Position numbers and translations under genes: made by a program. From Candidatus Poseidoniaceae archaeon (lineage in GTDB: Archaea > Thermoplasmatota > Poseidoniia > Poseidoniales > Poseidoniaceae), in the NCBI GenBank assembly GCA_949372875.1, contig CASIAW010000007.1, positions 24,736 through 88,735 of the forward strand: a stretch of 64,000 nucleotides of DNA, given 5' to 3'. The notes under the pieces are model-generated. The model saw nothing but the letters and a program-made list of their open reading frames with translations. It made no database searches and was not told the origin of the DNA. Shown one piece after another: positions 60,446 through 64,000 of this stretch. Numbering within the stretch: position 1 is the first letter of the stretch; every line of letters begins with the position of its first letter.

Positions 60446-61624
60446 ATGGAAGATAATTCGACAGAAAACGGGCCACCGAAGGCCACAGTTTCTGAAGACG
60501 GGATTTGGCGAGATGAACAAGGAGTCGCACTCCCCGTCAGTGCTAGCGATTTAGAGCGCCATGAATATTGTCCATTGTCTTGGTCATTATCACGTCAAGG
60601 AAATTCCGGCCAAGGAGAAGCCATCGTCGCCGGCATCAAAAGACACGCCCAAATTCATGAGCAAATGAAGGACTTTCAATTCATTCAAACTCAAATGCGT
60701 CGTTCAGTTACAGTTTGGACCTGGTGGTTTTCAGTCATCATTGCATTGACAATCGATGCAGTGGCTTTCAATTTCATTGATGATGTCACTACGCCTTTGC
60801 AAATGGCCCGATACCTCGCCATGTGGGCTGCAGCCACCCTCATCGTAGGGTTAATTGCCATTTCAGTACCTTGGCGCTCATGGATTGGTTTGAGCGAAAC
60901 TATCCCTCGGCAAAAAACAAAATTACTATCGAGAAATGAGGAATTTAAGCCTTTTTGGGAACCTAAAGGGTTTATCGGTGGCTGGTTTGAAGCAGGCCGT
61001 GTTGAAGCAAGTCTACTGTTTGGTTCAATCGTTTTAGGATTACACGCTATTGCCTTGGCAGGTGCTGATGATCGAAACCAAGCGGCTTTCATATTGTTCG
61101 TGACCGCAATGGCATGGACTCTTGCTGCCTCATGGCAACTACAACGAATGTTGTTGTCTGACAATGCTCTCGAGTCAATGAAAAAGGATATCGATATTCA
61201 AACGGATGACGAAGTAGCATATTCAGATGATGATGCAACGTCAAATCTTCTGGTCGATGAAAACATTGGCTTGAGAGGTCGACCAGACCAAATTGTCATT
61301 GTCGATGGAGAGTTTATTCCCGTTGAACAAAAGACCGGTAAGGTCCCCATAAATCCTCACCCCTCGCACCGAATGCAATTACTCGCTTACCTACACCTCG
61401 TGGAAAAAAATACCAACAAAAGTGCCCCCTATGGAGTTCTGCGTTATGGTGAAACAAACCTTCACCAAATACCATGGAACGATGTAGCCAAAAAGGAATT
61501 GAAGAGTGCAGTTAAAGAAATTCAGCGCCTCATGGTCCAAGGAGGAGCATTACGTAACCACAACCGTCCAGGAAAGTGCAAAAACTGCTCAAGGCTATAT
61601 GCGTGCGAGGATTCACTTGTCTGA
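60446..61624 (+). CDS. Cas4-like PD-(D/E)XK Fe-S nuclease with four-TM insertion (solo, not CRISPR-linked)
   Basis: SASDLERHEYCP, G..RH, GRPD, VEQKTG, QLLAY, KCKNC-x5-C; four hydrophobic helices between the first Cys and the nuclease core. Confidence 0.85.
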   Translation: MEDNSTENGPPKATVSEDGIWRDEQGVALPVSASDLERHEYCPLSWSLSRQGNSGQGEAIVAGIKRHAQIHEQMKDFQFIQTQMRRSVTVWTWWFSVIIALTIDAVAFNFIDDVTTPLQMARYLAMWAAATLIVGLIAISVPWRSWIGLSETIPRQKTKLLSRNEEFKPFWEPKGFIGGWFEAGRVEASLLFGSIVLGLHAIALAGADDRNQAAFILFVTAMAWTLAASWQLQRMLLSDNALESMKKDIDIQTDDEVAYSDDDATSNLLVDENIGLRGRPDQIVIVDGEFIPVEQKTGKVPINPHPSHRMQLLAYLHLVEKNTNKSAPYGVLRYGETNLHQIPWNDVAKKELKSAVKEIQRLMVQGGALRNHNRPGKCKNCSRLYACEDSLV

Positions 61625-61625
61625 A

Positions 61626-62192
61626 TCAAATGCATGCATCTTCAAGCGGATATTGTATGCATGTTCGTTTGATGGTGATTTCAATTCGAAAGGAGTCTTG
61701 AGCTGCAGAGTTTTCAATGCCTGCCCCCCGTGCTGAGATTTCAAGTCTCCATGTCCCAGTTTCAAACGTTGGAGTTGGGGCGATATTCGCAGTTGCTGCA
61801 CCTAAGTCCTCACACACATCAATCGACCAAGCCGGTTGATCGTTCGGGCCCGCATTTGGAGCCCAAAGTTCTGCGCGAACATAGCGAGTAAAATTTTCTA
61901 AGCAACCGATGAATTCAGACCCTTGAACCGTTACCTTTCGGAATACAAGAATCTCCGAAACAGTCTCATCTATCTCGAAGGTGGAGACGTTTTCATACGA
62001 TTCCCAGTCCTCTGGGTTCAAAGTACTGAATGCTTTAAAATGAGTGATTTTGATAGACTCAGACTTCGTTTCAGGCTCCCCGCGAAGACTCTCTATCGTC
62101 TCACGTGCTTGTAGGAGGCCTAAACATCCAGAAGTACTGCTGAGAAGAAAAATCATCACCATGAGGATTGGCAGAGACCAACTCTTCTTCAT
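61626..62192 (-). CDS. Predicted archaeal lipoprotein
   Basis: MKK + hydrophobic stretch + lipobox SGCLG; ATG 62192 preferred. Confidence 0.7.
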   Translation of the reverse strand: MKKSWSLPILMVMIFLLSSTSGCLGLLQARETIESLRGEPETKSESIKITHFKAFSTLNPEDWESYENVSTFEIDETVSEILVFRKVTVQGSEFIGCLENFTRYVRAELWAPNAGPNDQPAWSIDVCEDLGAATANIAPTPTFETGTWRLEISARGAGIENSAAQDSFRIEITIKRTCIQYPLEDACI

Positions 62193-62337
62193 GGCGCGGC
62201 TAGGCTCCACCCACATATCAACTCAATGCTAGAGAACACAAGGGTTTGATATCTTAGAGCCACTGCGTCAACTGTCCGAATGACGTGAAGTGGTTGCCGA
62301 GCAAAGCGATGACGAACCCTATGAAAGCCGACGGACA

Positions 62338-64000
62338 TCACTCAAATTTCGCACCACATGTTCCACATTCAGTTGCATCGACTGCGATTTCTGCGCCGCA
62401 TGCACCACATTCTGCAACATCTGATTCCTTTGGCGTGTCGGTGGTTTCAGCCGCTTTTCGGCGGGTACCTCGGCGACGTGCGGGTTTGACTTTCTCAGGC
62501 GTCAATTCATCAACCATAGCTACTGGCTTGTCGTCATCCTTCATGGTAAAGTCAGAAGTCGCCTCGGAAACTTCATTTCCAGCGAATGCTGAATCTGTGA
62601 GTTGCATTCCGACGTTGACTTTGTCACCAGGCATAATGCCGTCTTCTCCAGTAATTTCAAACAAGCGGCCACGAATATCGGCATCGCTTGCAGAGAGGTC
62701 TTTTCCATCATCTTTGTGAGCGATAATTTCGCCCTTAGAAGCAAGTATTGCATCAATGTCATTGGATTCTTCACTGAGGTCTTTGGTACTCTTGAGTGTC
62801 GTTGTAACTGTATTTTTATACGCTTCTAATTCTTCTTCAGTCATATCTTCACGCAACAACTCGTCCGCATTTCTACGATCATATGCTGCTTCAACTTCAG
62901 CCTCAGCACTCAAGATGTTTTCATCCCATTCGTCTTCGAGTTGTTCTTCATCAAAGCCAAATTCTTTCACTGTTTGAGCAAAGTTCTCAGTTCCGGTAAC
63001 GATAGCATCTTCATCAACTTCTTCAGGAAGCGCGACGACTTCTTTGGCCACTCTTTCTTTGCGTACTCTCTGTTCGAAATACGAGGACACATCTTGGTCA
63101 GCGCCACAATAAACACAATTATCCAGTAAGTCTGGAATCGATTCACCACATTCTTCACAATCGTGGAATTGGTTTCGAGCTTTCTTCAGATTGAAGGAAC
63201 AATGAGGGCAGCGATCTTCATCACCCTCTAATTCCCCATCGCATGCAGGACAATACTCAAAGATGTCGCGCTCTACTTCGTCTTCGGATTCACGTGTAAG
63301 TAAGATAGACACTGCAAGAATAACAATCAATATGAGTGAACCAATACCAATGAGCGTGAATGTACCCAATTCAGAATTCGTCTGCAAATCGTCAAGGTCG
63401 TCTTGACTCATAACGGTCGTAAAGGTTCGAGAAAAGGTGCTCGATATCGTTGAGTCTGAGGGTTTCAAGAGAACGACCGTCGATGGAGCAAGTGCATTAA
63501 AATCACATCTTAGGGTTACTTTATCACCTATATTGACGACTTCCGCATTCATTGTAGCAAGTATTTCTCCTTCGCCATTAAGACAGTCATAGGTCAAATC
63601 TCCTGTTTCTACACTGGTCAAATCCACTTCCAAGGTGTACGATTCTCCTTGAGTCATGGGTAGCACGAGCGGAGAGCCATCAGCACTGGTAACTTCAAGG
63701 GTTGAAAGAGCCCATGACAAACGCAGTTCAGCCTCAACAGGAATCATTCCTGTGGCTACACTGTTTGCAACGTTCGAATCCCAACTGTTCGAACTGGGTT
63801 GCCATTGTGATTCAAAAGTAGCATTGTGCGCTCCTATGGCCGTGGTTAATTCAACTGACCATGTATAGTCCTGAGCAGGGTCAAGATAGATGATAGGAGA
63901 AGATGCTTCAACACCTTCCCAAGTGTAGAATATCTTTCCCGAAACACGAATTTCGCCAGCATTAAATACACTTACATGCCATTCTACTGATTCACCGGAA
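62338..64000 (-). CDS. Single-pass membrane protein with cytoplasmic multi-zinc-ribbon acidic domain (5' truncated)
   Basis: Frame stays open to the window edge; TM then CPAC/CPHC/CEEC/CVYC and C-terminal CGAC/CGTC. Confidence 0.8.
   Translation of the reverse strand, partial: SGESVEWHVSVFNAGEIRVSGKIFYTWEGVEASSPIIYLDPAQDYTWSVELTTAIGAHNATFESQWQPSSNSWDSNVANSVATGMIPVEAELRLSWALSTLEVTSADGSPLVLPMTQGESYTLEVDLTSVETGDLTYDCLNGEGEILATMNAEVVNIGDKVTLRCDFNALAPSTVVLLKPSDSTISSTFSRTFTTVMSQDDLDDLQTNSELGTFTLIGIGSLILIVILAVSILLTRESEDEVERDIFEYCPACDGELEGDEDRCPHCSFNLKKARNQFHDCEECGESIPDLLDNCVYCGADQDVSSYFEQRVRKERVAKEVVALPEEVDEDAIVTGTENFAQTVKEFGFDEEQLEDEWDENILSAEAEVEAAYDRRNADELLREDMTEEELEAYKNTVTTTLKSTKDLSEESNDIDAILASKGEIIAHKDDGKDLSASDADIRGRLFEITGEDGIMPGDKVNVGMQLTDSAFAGNEVSEATSDFTMKDDDKPVAMVDELTPEKVKPARRRGTRRKAAETTDTPKESDVAECGACGAEIAVDATECGTCGAKFE

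Overview
Gene-dense archaeal chromosomal segment, most consistent with Marine Group II Euryarchaeota (Poseidoniales). The taxonomy is inferred from an archaeal uS2, Rqc2, a PGF-CTERM protein, thrombospondin-3-repeat surface proteins and many bacterial-type metabolic genes. It holds about 50 CDS and one tRNA-Phe(GAA); I see no CRISPR array, integrase or transposase. Content covers RNA/translation functions, fatty-acid and peptide catabolism, a large Ca2+-binding surface-protein cluster (17-40 kb, one gene frameshifted) and scattered glycosylation genes. The most notable observations are: (1) a translationally coupled E1/ThiF + JAB + small-protein operon with no recognisable ubiquitin-like protein; (2) a solo Cas4-like Fe-S nuclease with four transmembrane helices inserted in it; (3) a covarying 19-bp palindrome upstream of both TSP3-repeat genes; (4) a non-canonical TT(G/C)A promoter-like element 26-30 bp before many start codons; (5) five convergent gene pairs joined by the same TAATCA/TGATTA hexamer; (6) an iota-class carbonic anhydrase in a small accessory islet. 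All calls come from reading motifs by eye, without database searches. Several start codons were moved from the ORF-track positions.
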